IMG/VR virus record: IMGVR_UViG_3300031466_000008
DNA: 39,745 nt
Direction: 5' to 3' (one strand)
From: a virus
In this document: positions 24,491 to 33,816 of the stretch, one piece after another
How positions within the stretch are numbered: position 1 is the first letter of the stretch
Layout: every line of letters begins with the position of its first letter
Notes under the pieces: generated by a model
The model's database searches: none
Told to the model about the DNA's origin: nothing
Seen by the model: only the letters and a program-made list of their open reading frames with translations
Made by a program: the position numbers and the translations under genes

Positions 24491-26369
24491 AGAAGACCTC
24501 GGAATCTTCGTGAACGTCTCCATGATCGAATCGACCAATGCGTTCCGCCGATTCGCAGGTGACAAGAGCTGGGACCAACTCACGTTCCAGCAACAACAGC
24601 AAATCAGGTTGGCTGCGATCCTCGAACAGGCGTATGCGCGGTATGGCGACAAGTTGCAGAACAACGTTATGACCAAACAAGAACGGCTCATGGAGCAGCT
24701 CAAAGACATCAAGCTCAACCTGTCGCAGGCGTTTTTACCAATCTGGGACACCATCCTCCCGGCGCTGACCCGCCTTGCTGAGTGGATCGCTGATGTGACT
24801 GAGCGGATCGCCCGGTTCGCGTACTGGCTGCGCGGGTGGGACTACGACGAGCGGACGCGCGGGATCGACGAGACTACCGATGCAATTCAGGGCGAAGGCG
24901 ATGCATATGACGATCTGGCGGATTCGGCCAAGAAAGCACGAAAAGAAATTGCCGCATTCGACCGGCTGAACCTGATCGGATTCGGCTCCGGCGGCGGAGG
25001 TTCGGGAGGCTCTGGCGGCGGAACCGGCGGCATTGGTCAGCCTGACACACCGGGAGGTGGTAGGGGCGACTGGCAACTCCCCGAACTTCCGTCGATTCCG
25101 CGTCTGCAACTGCAATTTGATCCGCCGAGTCCTCCGGACGCTGGGATCGGTGCCGTTGCAACGGCTGTCGTCAATACGATGACCGCTCTGACTGCACAAA
25201 TTCGCGCACAGTGGCAGCAAACGCTTGAAAATCTGCGGGTGGGAGTTGTCGCCGCTGCTCCGGCAATTGTGACGGCATGGCAAGCGATGCTCTCCGGGGT
25301 GGTGGTCGCCATCCAGTCCGCTATGTCGCAGACGCAGATGACATGGCAGACCGCTCTCTCCGGGATGCTGGAGCGTATCGGAGTGATCCGACCGTCCATC
25401 GCAAACGAATGGAGTCTGATCCAATCAGCCGCCAGGTTGACAATCCCGGTCATGGGTGAAGTTGCTGCGGCATGGACGCAAAAGCTAGCCGAGATGCTGG
25501 CCCGGCTCAAAGCAGCCAGCCCACAGTTCGAAAGCGACTGGTATTTGATCCGTTATGCCGCTCGCCTCACGGTGACGACGGTTGGCGACGTTGCGACCGC
25601 GTGGGGTCAAAAACTCGGCGAGATGCTCTCCACTCTCAAGGTTGCCCGGCCGCAATTTGAGTCCGAGTTGTGGGCGATACGGTACGCTGTGCGCCTCGTG
25701 ATCCCGGCCGTTACAGACACCGAGGACGCGTGGTCGGCAGCGATGCAGGGGATGGCGTCAGCAGCCACGGCCGCCGCCGCGAGCATCGCGTCGGTCATCA
25801 ACGACGCGATTACCGCGATCAATAACCTCCGGTCGGCGATGGAGCTGCCGAAGATCAACCTGCCGAGTGTGTCGATCCCTCAACCGGTGCAAGATTACTT
25901 TTCGCGGACTTTCAGCAAGGAAAACGCGCAGGAGACATGGGATCGATTTGTCGAGAATGTCAAGGGTATCCCGACATCGCTGGAGAGCCAGCTCGCCTTG
26001 ACAATGCTCGGCGGCGGGGCGGTCAAGGGCGGACAAGCAGCGCTGAAGGGTCTCGCCGAATTGCTCAAGCGCGTCGGTATCGCGGTCCCGACCTTTGCAT
26101 CCGGCGCTGTCGTGAGCGGCCCGACGCTCGCGATGGTGGGAGAATACGCGGGGGCGCGGACAAACCCCGAAGTCATCGCTCCGCTGTCGGATCTCGAGTC
26201 GATGCTCGACACCGGCCGCACGAATGATCTTCTCGCGCAGATCCTCCGGGCGATTGAGCGCGGGCAGAACGTCACAGTCACGATCAGCCAGGATGCTGTC
26301 GGCCGGGCTGCTACATCGTACATCAACAGCGAGGCGCGGCGCGGTCGAAACCCGCTACCCACGCTATGA
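24491..26369 (+). CDS. Tape measure protein, exon 2
   Basis: Continues in the same frame with EDLGIFVNVSMIESTNAF...; contains a Gly-rich linker and three 43-aa tandem repeats. Confidence 0.85.
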
Positions 26370-26380
26370 GGTGATCGGAC

Positions 26381-26740
26381 ATGTATCTCGCAATCAATGG
26401 ACAGGAGATCGCCCACTATCCGAGCGAATTCAAGGTCACAGTTATGGACCTCGATAACGCGGAGACGACCAAACGGACTGCGAATGGGGAGCTTACGCGG
26501 GACAGGATCGCCGTAAAGCGACAGATCGAAATGAGGTTCGCCCCGATGGTGTGGGCGGACCTTTCTGCTATTCTGACCGCGATGAAAGACGAGTTTTTTC
26601 AATTCACATATCCCGATCCCATGTCCGGGCAGCAAGAAACCCGGACTTTTTATGTATCGGATCGTGAAGCGGCCATAGCCATTGAACGCGCTGGAACATA
26701 TTGGTGGACCGGCCTTGCGTTTACGTTGACGGAAAAGTAG
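26381..26740 (+). CDS. Small tail component (distal tail protein position)
   Basis: Synteny after the TMP gene. GAGGTG RBS. Confidence 0.55.
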   Translation: MYLAINGQEIAHYPSEFKVTVMDLDNAETTKRTANGELTRDRIAVKRQIEMRFAPMVWADLSAILTAMKDEFFQFTYPDPMSGQQETRTFYVSDREAAIAIERAGTYWWTGLAFTLTEK

Positions 26741-28885
26741 GTGGTCAGCTTGTATCCCGTTTCGCAATTGTATGACCAATACCTCCGAGAACGAGCCCGC
26801 CAGTGGGCCGTGAAGGTGGACATCGCCGGGACCGAATATGGGACGGACTCGCTGATCGATTTCAGCATCGAAAACAACCTGACGAGCGCTGACGATTTCG
26901 AAATCGGCACGGCCATCCCGTCTAAATTGGTTCTCCGGCTCAAGACGACCGACGAGATCCCGCCCAACGCACGCGTTGTGCCATATGTTGCGCTGATCCT
27001 GCCGCCCGAATACGAGGGCAACGCAGGCCTAGCGTGGCAGGACAACGAGGATACCTGGGAGACGGCAAATTACCTTTGGGGCGGCGCTATCACGGAGTAC
27101 ATGCCGCTCGGCGAATTTTTTGTGGATCGGCGCGAGAAGATAGGCCCGGGAACGTGGGAGTTTGTGGCCTATGACAAGCTCGTCTACGCGGATGTCCAAT
27201 ATGTCTCTCAGCTCTCGTATCCCACGACCATGAAAGCAGTGTGGGACGAGATATGCGCCCAGCTCGGCTACACCTACGACGACACGGTGGTGATCGGCTC
27301 GTACACGCTCCCCGTAGCTCCCACGGGCTACACCTGCCGGCAGGTCATGGCGCACATCGCCGGCGCGAATGGTGCGAGCGTGTACGTCGCGAAGGATGGT
27401 ACGATCCGCTTCCGCCGCTACTCAGCCAGCGACGCCCCCGTGATGGAGGTACCAGACTCCGAATACATCGCCGTGACCGAGACCGGTCCGGTCAAGACGT
27501 ACACGCGGGTTGTCGTGGTGTACGACCCGGACGAGGGGCTCGCCTATGAGGCAGGCAGTGGCGACGAAAATCATACGCTTTACGTCGAAATCCCGTTCGG
27601 AACGCAGACCATGGCGGACGCGCTGCTCGTGCAGCTCAGCGGGTTCTCTTTTACACCGATTCAAATGGATATGCGCGGCTATCCGCAGATCGAGGCTGGC
27701 GACCACATTCGCTACGGTCGCGCTGCGCCTGATCTCACCTGGGGCGGCGCTGACGTTGCGTGGCAGGACGCTGATTTTTCGTGGGACAGCTACTATGACG
27801 GTGCTCAATCGTTGGCGCTCAATATGACGTTCGGCTTTAAGGGCGGTTTGTCTCTCCAAATCGACGCGCCTGCTAAGTCCGAACAGGAGTCCGAGTTCGG
27901 CGTAGACGGCATCTTGACAGCAGCAATAAATAGACTGAACCGAAATTCCGTGAAGAAAGGCAAAACGTACTACGGACTCACGATTACGGATGATGAGGGG
28001 CTTGTCGTCGAGCGCAGCGATCACAAGTCCAAAATCACGCTCAACTCCGACACCATGCGTTGGGACGTGGATGGATCGGCAGCCCTCGAATATGATGCAC
28101 TCGCCGGAAAACTCCGGTATCGTGGCGACATCATCATGGAGGGCGGCTCCATCTCGTGGTCGAATGTCAACGCGCCTGATATAGACGACATTCCTAACCT
28201 GAGCGGGCGTCTGACGTATATCGGGCCGACAGGTATTTACTCTGGGACGATCAAAACCGACCAACTGATTGCCGGTACCGCCAAAATCAGCAGCGCGCTC
28301 ATTGATACGATCAAGGCCAATCAAATTGTCGTGGGAGACAACGGCGAGAAAATCGGTGACGGCTTGATCGCCAGTGCGGCCAACTGGAATGGAAAGACGA
28401 CGCTGCTTACACCGACTGGTATTTACACAGGTACCATAGAGGCCAATCAAATCAACGCAGCGTCGCTCTCGGCGATCAGCGCAAACCTTGGAACGGTGAC
28501 GGCTGGGGTAATACAAGGTGTCACTATCCTTGGTGGTGTAATCAGCGGCCCGACGATCACCGGTGCGTCGATCACAGGGGGTACGATTCAAACTAGTGCT
28601 CCGGGATTTTACCCAAGAATTGAGCTTTCCGAGGGCAATAAATGGCTTAATTTCGAAGCTTCTGCAACTCGGTACTTCCGCATTTATCCGGCCGGCGGAT
28701 TATTTACGATGGACATGGTGTATGACGGGAGTATGCTTCAGATCGGTAAGAGCATGTCGGCGTCTACTATTCAGGCCAACGACAATTTATATCTATCAAA
28801 TGGCGCATGTTATATACAGCTCGTTGGAAACGCATTGTACATCGTGGCCCCTGGTGGTGCTTTCCTCAATGGGAACCCACTTTGA
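26741..28885 (+). CDS. Tail-associated / tail fibre protein (Tal-like N-terminus, repetitive fibre C-terminus)
   Basis: 714 aa after the distal tail gene. C-terminal repeats TGIYSGTIKTDQLIAGTAKIS / TGIYTGTIEANQINAASLSAIS. Confidence 0.7.
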   Translation: MVSLYPVSQLYDQYLRERARQWAVKVDIAGTEYGTDSLIDFSIENNLTSADDFEIGTAIPSKLVLRLKTTDEIPPNARVVPYVALILPPEYEGNAGLAWQDNEDTWETANYLWGGAITEYMPLGEFFVDRREKIGPGTWEFVAYDKLVYADVQYVSQLSYPTTMKAVWDEICAQLGYTYDDTVVIGSYTLPVAPTGYTCRQVMAHIAGANGASVYVAKDGTIRFRRYSASDAPVMEVPDSEYIAVTETGPVKTYTRVVVVYDPDEGLAYEAGSGDENHTLYVEIPFGTQTMADALLVQLSGFSFTPIQMDMRGYPQIEAGDHIRYGRAAPDLTWGGADVAWQDADFSWDSYYDGAQSLALNMTFGFKGGLSLQIDAPAKSEQESEFGVDGILTAAINRLNRNSVKKGKTYYGLTITDDEGLVVERSDHKSKITLNSDTMRWDVDGSAALEYDALAGKLRYRGDIIMEGGSISWSNVNAPDIDDIPNLSGRLTYIGPTGIYSGTIKTDQLIAGTAKISSALIDTIKANQIVVGDNGEKIGDGLIASAANWNGKTTLLTPTGIYTGTIEANQINAASLSAISANLGTVTAGVIQGVTILGGVISGPTITGASITGGTIQTSAPGFYPRIELSEGNKWLNFEASATRYFRIYPAGGLFTMDMVYDGSMLQIGKSMSASTIQANDNLYLSNGACYIQLVGNALYIVAPGGAFLNGNPL

Positions 28886-28958
28886 CAAACGCATGGAACT
28901 CCCGACCCATTTTGTCGTACAATACCTAGTAAAGGATTTTATAGGGAGGTTTCATACC

Positions 28959-29513
28959 ATGAAGCGATTTGCACTCGGATTTATCTGCGGTGCGCTGCTG
29001 TTCGGGGGAACGGCTGTTTTGGCTGAAGGTGTATCGCTAGTAGGTAAAAGGGTCGATGGGGAGATTCCGGTGATTTACAACGATGAACCTCTAGTCGCCA
29101 AAGCTATCACTGTCGAAGGAACCAGCTACCTTCCGGTCCGCACAGTGGGGAATACACTTGGGGCCAAGATCGAGTACAAGGATGGGGCGGTGTACGTGGA
29201 GAAGGCAGACGAATACGAAGCGCTGAAAGAAAAAATCCTGAACGATCTGAAGTTTGAGGCGCAAAAAGAAGAGCTGCAAAAGGAAATCTCCAAGCTTCAG
29301 ACTGCGATCGAAAATTCCAGGAGGAACATAAGCGAGCTGGAAAAACAGATTGCTGCTATCGAGTATCCGGACGATCCCGTTAGAGAGGCATTGCTTCGGA
29401 CCAAGGCGAGCGTAGAAAACATAATCCAACAGCATGAGGCAAAAATCCGGGAACTACAAGTCCATCTCGCCGCGCTCGAGCAACAACAATCTAATCCCGA
29501 ATCCGAAGAATAA
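28959..29513 (+). CDS. Secreted or anchored protein: signal peptide, copper-amine-oxidase-N-like beta domain, then coiled coil
   Basis: MKRFALGFICGALLFGGTAVLA, then VIYNDEPLVAKAITVEGTSYLPVRTVGNTLGAKIEYKDGAVYV, then heptad-rich LKEKILNDLKFEAQKEELQKEISKLQ.... GGGAGG RBS. Confidence 0.7.
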   Translation: MKRFALGFICGALLFGGTAVLAEGVSLVGKRVDGEIPVIYNDEPLVAKAITVEGTSYLPVRTVGNTLGAKIEYKDGAVYVEKADEYEALKEKILNDLKFEAQKEELQKEISKLQTAIENSRRNISELEKQIAAIEYPDDPVREALLRTKASVENIIQQHEAKIRELQVHLAALEQQQSNPESEE

Positions 29514-29520
29514 CCATCAC

Positions 29521-29570
29521 ACGCCCCACTCCGGGGCGTTTTCTCTTACCCTCCCATCGCGGAGGGTTTT
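29521..29570 (+). terminator. Tandem intrinsic terminators
   Basis: CGCCCC-ACTCC-GGGGCG-TTTTCTCTT, then CCCTCC-CATCGC-GGAGGG-TTTT. Confidence 0.75.
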
Positions 29571-29595
29571 ATAATTCCACGAAAGGATGATCCAA

Positions 29596-29766
29596 ATGGA
29601 ACCAATCAAATCGAGCGCGACCCACGGAGAGCTGATTGAGGACCGCATTCGCCAGATTGTACGGGAGGAAATTGCCGCCCACGAGGAGCGGCGGCATGAA
29701 GAAGTCAGGGAGTTTCTTGCTGCGACTGAAGGACTTGTTCGTGGTACTTCTGAATCGCGATTGTAG
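29596..29766 (+). CDS. Possible 56-aa helical protein
   Basis: AAAGGA RBS, ATG 29596. Overlaps the convergent ORF on the - strand, so only one of the two may be real. Confidence 0.35.
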   Translation: MEPIKSSATHGELIEDRIRQIVREEIAAHEERRHEEVREFLAATEGLVRGTSESRL

Positions 29767-29884
29767 CGGCTCTTGCGGCAATTTTGACTACATCCATTGG
29801 GTAAACCGTCTTTCCAAAACGCTTGTTTTCGCCTTGAAACTCTTCAACAACGCGTCTTTCTAACTGCTTGAAATCGATGTCCAA
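29705..29884 (-). CDS. Possible 59-aa protein on the minus strand
   Basis: Strong GAAGGGAGG RBS 8 nt before TTG (29884). Sensible sequence DIDFKQLERRVVEEFQGENKRFGKTVYPMDVVKIAARAATIAIQKYHEQ. Confidence 0.5.
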   Translation of the reverse strand: MDIDFKQLERRVVEEFQGENKRFGKTVYPMDVVKIAARAATIAIQKYHEQVLQSQQETP

Positions 29885-29980
29885 TGAACAAACCTCCCTT
29901 CTCTCGAAAATAGGCCGTGCAGCCTATCCATTCGACAGCATGGGGGTTTTTCCTTGCAAACAAACGTTTGGAGGTGCGAA

Positions 29981-30199
29981 ATGCCCAACATCACACACAT
30001 TCTACGGGCCGAAATCGACCTGTCGCAACCTGTGCCGGAGATCTGCGGTGTCATCGCCCACGTGCTGCAGGCGTGGCCGGGACGGGAACGGGAAGTGTTG
30101 TCGAAGCTGCGTGAGGCGATCGACGATTATCTGAAAGTATTGGAGAAAGGAGAAGGAGAACGTGGCAAACCGTTACGCGAATCTGGTCGGGGCAAATAA
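29981..30199 (+). CDS. Hypothetical small protein
   Basis: GGAGGTG RBS before ATG 29981. Confidence 0.5.
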   Translation: MPNITHILRAEIDLSQPVPEICGVIAHVLQAWPGREREVLSKLREAIDDYLKVLEKGEGERGKPLRESGRGK

Positions 30200-31169
30200 G
30201 ATCAAAGACGAGTGGCAAAAGATTAACGCCGGTTTTGATGCGGTTCAGGAGGACATCGACAATCTGCCTGTAGGCCTCTACCGCAACGCCATCATCAACG
30301 GCAACTTCGATGTGTGGCAGCGGGGGACGAGTTTTACAAAGCCGAACTTCGCCTACACGGCGGATAGGTGGAAGGTAACAAACATCGTCGATGACAAGGT
30401 TCTCGTTTTCCGAAGTCCCGATGCCCCCAATAAGCAGAGCCTTTATTCACTTCGCGTCGAAGCGACCGAATCTAATTCCGGCGCAGGAGCATCTACGGAT
30501 ATTTCTCAGTCGATTGAACACTATCAACTATTCCGCGGGAAGACAGTCACATTTTCCGGATACGTCTATTGCGACCCGGGGGCAAGTTTCGTCCCGAATA
30601 TCTACGACGGAATTGCGAATACACCGGGTGAGACCTATACCGCTGCCGCGTGGACGAAATTCTCGGTTACGAAGCCGATTGGCGAATCGGCAACCATGTT
30701 GATTCCTTACGGCCGATTCTTGCGGTCTGGGCTGTCGCCCGGAAAGGGGATATATCTCGCTCAACTGCAACTGACCGTGAGCGACACCGCACTCCCTTTC
30801 CAACCGCGCAGCTTTGCGGAGGAATTAGCGTTGTGTCAACGCTACTACGAAAAATCATACAACATCGATACTCCGCCCGGAGCCACCACAGATACGGGGG
30901 TCATCTACGGCAAAACAGAAGACGGAGCTCCCGGATCCGCACACGTTGACACTGTACAATTCAGGGTTCGGAAGCGTTCCACACCGACTGTCATCATATA
31001 CGGGACAGGTGGCACACCAAACGCCGTAAACGATGAAACGGCGGATCGGAGTATTGGGGCCGGGTCGTTTGCAATGCCTAGCGAAACGGGATTCCTTATG
31101 AACTACACTCTGCAAAACGCAACGAGCGGCAGAAGATGGTTCCATTATATCGCCGACGCCGAATTGTGA
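30162..31169 (+). CDS. Second tail-fibre / receptor-binding-like protein
   Basis: N-terminal ANLVGANKIKDEWQKIN... and the NGNFDVWQRGTSF...YTADRW motif common in phage fibre tips. AAGGAG RBS before GTG. Confidence 0.65.
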   Translation: MANRYANLVGANKIKDEWQKINAGFDAVQEDIDNLPVGLYRNAIINGNFDVWQRGTSFTKPNFAYTADRWKVTNIVDDKVLVFRSPDAPNKQSLYSLRVEATESNSGAGASTDISQSIEHYQLFRGKTVTFSGYVYCDPGASFVPNIYDGIANTPGETYTAAAWTKFSVTKPIGESATMLIPYGRFLRSGLSPGKGIYLAQLQLTVSDTALPFQPRSFAEELALCQRYYEKSYNIDTPPGATTDTGVIYGKTEDGAPGSAHVDTVQFRVRKRSTPTVIIYGTGGTPNAVNDETADRSIGAGSFAMPSETGFLMNYTLQNATSGRRWFHYIADAEL

Positions 31170-31180
31170 GGTGTTTTTTC

Positions 31181-31513
31181 ATGAAAACCGGATACAACCA
31201 CTACATTCGAACCAACGAGGCCGGGATCGTGATTCACGGCTTTTCTGACGCGTTCGAGCAGCCGCAGGACGGCGACATCCTCGTGCTCGAAAATGGGCCG
31301 CGTCACTTTCACGAGGCGTGGCCGGAACCACTGCGGAACGAGCGCGGGCAGTATCTGTTCCGGTGGATCGACGGCCAGTGCGTCGAGCGGTCGCAGGAAG
31401 AACTGGACGCCGAATGGGCGCAGCGGCCGCCGGGTCCTCCGACGCTCCAGCAAAGGCTTGAGGCAGCCGAACAGGCCCTGATCGCGCTCATGGAGGCGAT
31501 GTCCGGTGTATAG
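31181..31513 (+). CDS. XkdW-like protein
   Basis: Size and position before XkdX and the holin. C-terminal EELDAEWAQRPP...LQQRLEAAEQALIALME. Confidence 0.6.
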   Translation: MKTGYNHYIRTNEAGIVIHGFSDAFEQPQDGDILVLENGPRHFHEAWPEPLRNERGQYLFRWIDGQCVERSQEELDAEWAQRPPGPPTLQQRLEAAEQALIALMEAMSGV

Positions 31514-31649
31514 CTTCATCCTCAACATGTGGATCATGCGCAAGGTTGATGCAGCATGGGTTCAGGCTCAGGTACCGCGCTGGATCACGAAGGAACAGGC
31601 TGATACGATTCTGGCGACATCGCAGATTCCGGAGGGCTCTGCCGAATAG
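31506..31649 (+). CDS. XkdX-family small protein (47 aa)
   Basis: GTG 31506. YSFILNMWIMRKVDAAWVQAQVPRWITKEQADTIL. Below the 60-aa cutoff of the ORF track. Confidence 0.65.
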   Translation: MYSFILNMWIMRKVDAAWVQAQVPRWITKEQADTILATSQIPEGSAE

Positions 31650-31678
31650 GCGGGGCCTTTTGTATTGGAGGGGATACC

Positions 31679-32080
31679 GTGGAAAACTGGTTCAAACCTG
31701 TTGTAGCTGTGAGCGGCGCGGCCGCTTCGTACTTGTTCGGGGGGTGGTCGTCGTTGCTGTCGATTCTGCTTACGTTTGTTGTGCTCGATTATGTAACTGG
31801 ATTCGCGGCAGCGGCGAAGGAAGGGAAGCTGAACAGCGAAATTGGCGCATGGGGTATCGCGAAGAAGGTCGGCATTTTCGCCATTGTCGCTGCGGCCCAT
31901 ATGGTCGATTCGGCGCTGGGTGACGCACATCTATTCCGGGACGCGGCGATTTTCTTTTTCCTCGCCAACGAACTGCTTTCAGTGATCGAAAATGCAGGTC
32001 GGATTGGCGTGCCGATCCCGCCTGTACTCCAGCAGGCGGTCGAAGTGCTGCGCGGCAAGTCGGAGGGTGATGCGAAATGA
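31679..32080 (+). CDS. Holin (phage_holin_4_1-like)
   Basis: LLTFVVLDYVTGFAAAAKEGKLNSEIGAWGIAKKVGIF...LANELLSVIENAGRIGVPIP. Confidence 0.9.
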   Translation: MENWFKPVVAVSGAAASYLFGGWSSLLSILLTFVVLDYVTGFAAAAKEGKLNSEIGAWGIAKKVGIFAIVAAAHMVDSALGDAHLFRDAAIFFFLANELLSVIENAGRIGVPIPPVLQQAVEVLRGKSEGDAK

Positions 32081-32715
32081 CCCGCACCGAATTCTTTGCC
32101 ACGTTGGCGCCGCACGCGATTCGTGCTCGGAAGGAAGGATCGCCGCTGTTCGTCTCGGTCCGGCTGGCACAGAATTTGCTCGAAACCGGGGGCAAAATCC
32201 ATTCGTGGAACAACCTCGGAGGTATTAAGGTCGGGTCGGGTAAGCCAAACGAGTGGTGGGACGGCAGCAGCGTCAAGAAAGGCACATGGGAAGTAATTAA
32301 TGGCCAGCGCGTTGATACGACGGCCAACTTCCGCGCGTACAAGTCCGTCTATCACTTTTACAAGGATCAAGACTTGCTGTTCCAAAACAAGCGCTATGAG
32401 CGCGTCAGGACTGCCAAAACACCGGAGGAACAAGCGGAAGCGCTGCGGCTGTGCGGATACGCCACAGACCCGGAGTATGACCTTAAAATCTGCAACATCA
32501 TCAGCATGTACAACCTCAAAAAATACGATCAGGAGGCGGATGTGATGCTCAACCTGAGCAACTATCAATGGCAGCGGATCGAGACCGGGGTTAAGTCACT
32601 GCTCGACCGGAAGATCATCTCTGATCAAGGGTGGCTTGAAAAAGCCCAAAAACGGACGCTCACGCGGGACGAGTTGGCATGGCTCACCTTTGAGCTTGTA
32701 GCAAACCCGCGCTAA
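32077..32715 (+). CDS. Endolysin, GH73 N-acetylglucosaminidase-like
   Basis: LAQNLLETGGK....NNLGGIK...FRAY.S....F.D...L....RY. ATGA overlap with the holin stop. Confidence 0.85.
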   Translation: MTRTEFFATLAPHAIRARKEGSPLFVSVRLAQNLLETGGKIHSWNNLGGIKVGSGKPNEWWDGSSVKKGTWEVINGQRVDTTANFRAYKSVYHFYKDQDLLFQNKRYERVRTAKTPEEQAEALRLCGYATDPEYDLKICNIISMYNLKKYDQEADVMLNLSNYQWQRIETGVKSLLDRKIISDQGWLEKAQKRTLTRDELAWLTFELVANPR

Positions 32716-32722
32716 TAACGAC

Positions 32723-32759
32723 ATCCCCGCTCAGCTATGCGCTGGGCGGGGATTTTTTG
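32723..32759 (+). terminator. Strong intrinsic terminator ending the late operon
   Basis: CCCCGCTCAGC-TATGC-GCTGGGCGGGG followed by ATTTTTTG. Confidence 0.85.
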
Positions 32760-32793
32760 CTTTGGGCATGGGACTGGGCCTAGCCCTGCTCAA

Positions 32794-33036
32794 TCAAACG
32801 CGAACAACCCCATTAATAACCCCGAATTCTTCGAGCCGCCATTCCGACATCTCGAAGATGGGTCCGAGACGTCCGGCGTCGTCGATCGGCTGAAATGCAA
32901 ATTTGTAACGGTCGAATGCTTCGTCATAAAACATCCCCTCGAATACGACAGGAATGTGTTTCCCGCGCGATGAAACAAGCGTGTACCGTCTCCCCTCTTT
33001 CCAATCAACCCATGCAGCATCTTGCACTTTCGCCAT
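32794..33036 (-). CDS. Hypothetical protein (moron)
   Basis: AAAGGAG RBS 6 nt before the ATG. No recognisable motif. Confidence 0.6.
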   Translation of the reverse strand: MAKVQDAAWVDWKEGRRYTLVSSRGKHIPVVFEGMFYDEAFDRYKFAFQPIDDAGRLGPIFEMSEWRLEEFGVINGVVRV

Positions 33037-33127
33037 CGCTGACTACTCCTTTTTTTTGTGTGTGCGGCTTCCCGCGACCATCGCCCCTGTAGGGGCTAGG
33101 TTTCGGCAGCTTGCCGGGCTGCCATCG

Positions 33128-33511
33128 TCAGGCGGGATTGATATTCACCCCGCGCCGGCGGAGCTCCGCGATCAGTTCCTCCGTGCTGAACTTCGCCAGC
33201 GGGGATTCCGGCTCCTTCCGACCTTCCCAGTGTTCCAGGGCGGCGACCTTGTCTACCATCTGAACCGTCCCGTCTTCCTGCACGACATACAGTTTATTCT
33301 CGGTGTTTCCGCCCCGGCCGTCCCGCTGCCCGGTGGCGACGATGTCACCCGGCTCGCACTCGATGTAGACTTTGCCGCCATCGCTGTCCCCGAGGTATGT
33401 ACCGGCCTTGAAATCGTACACCATCTTCGCGCCCTCGAATTTCACTATCGCGCCCCACGGTCTGCCGTACCGCCGTGCGTTATAGGGTGGGTACCTAAAT
33501 TCGACTCTCAT
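33128..33511 (-). CDS. Hypothetical protein (moron). The ORF extends to 33520, but RBS spacing favours ATG 33511.
   Basis: AGGAGG abuts the first ATG and lies ~10 nt from the second. No recognisable motif. Confidence 0.6.
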   Translation of the reverse strand: MRVEFRYPPYNARRYGRPWGAIVKFEGAKMVYDFKAGTYLGDSDGGKVYIECEPGDIVATGQRDGRGGNTENKLYVVQEDGTVQMVDKVAALEHWEGRKEPESPLAKFSTEELIAELRRRGVNINPA

Positions 33512-33544
33512 TGTTTTCATTCCTCCTTTGTTCTTTCTGACTTA

Positions 33545-33618
33545 ATTATACAGCATTATAAATGCTTTTGCAATACCTTTTTTATAGTGTTGCAAAAATA
33601 TTTTTAATGCTTTATTAT
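33545..33618. promoter_or_regulatory. Back-to-back divergent sigma-A-type promoters
   Basis: Minus strand: TTGCAA (33573-33568), 17-nt spacer, TATAAT (33550-33545). Plus strand: TTGCAA (33590-33595), 17-nt spacer, TATTAT (33613-33618). The spacer region is AT-rich. Confidence 0.6.
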
Positions 33619-33639
33619 TGTAGCAAAGGAGTGATTGAT

Positions 33640-33816
33640 ATGGCAGGACGTCCGCCGAAACCGCCAACCGAGAAAAAGATTCGCGAGGCGATCTACTTCG
33701 AGCCGCACTTGCTGGAGTGGCTTCGCTGGCTGGCCACCGAGCAAAAGGTGACGGTCAGTGTCATCGTGAACAGGCTGATCGAGAGAGCGAAGGAGGCGCA
33801 TAACGATGCGATATGA
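33640..33816 (+). CDS. Small DNA-binding-like protein (possible ribbon-helix-helix)
   Basis: AAAGGAG RBS. MAGRPPKPPTEKKIREAIYFEPHLLEWLRWLATEQKVTVSVIVNRLIERA. Confidence 0.55.
   Translation: MAGRPPKPPTEKKIREAIYFEPHLLEWLRWLATEQKVTVSVIVNRLIERAKEAHNDAI

Noticed and set aside
25010-25080. RGD motif and Gly-rich SGGGGSGGSGGGTGG stretch in the tape measure protein as a functional adhesion signal
   Set aside because: This is a low-complexity linker of a kind common in tape measure proteins. A single RGD tripeptide is expected by chance.
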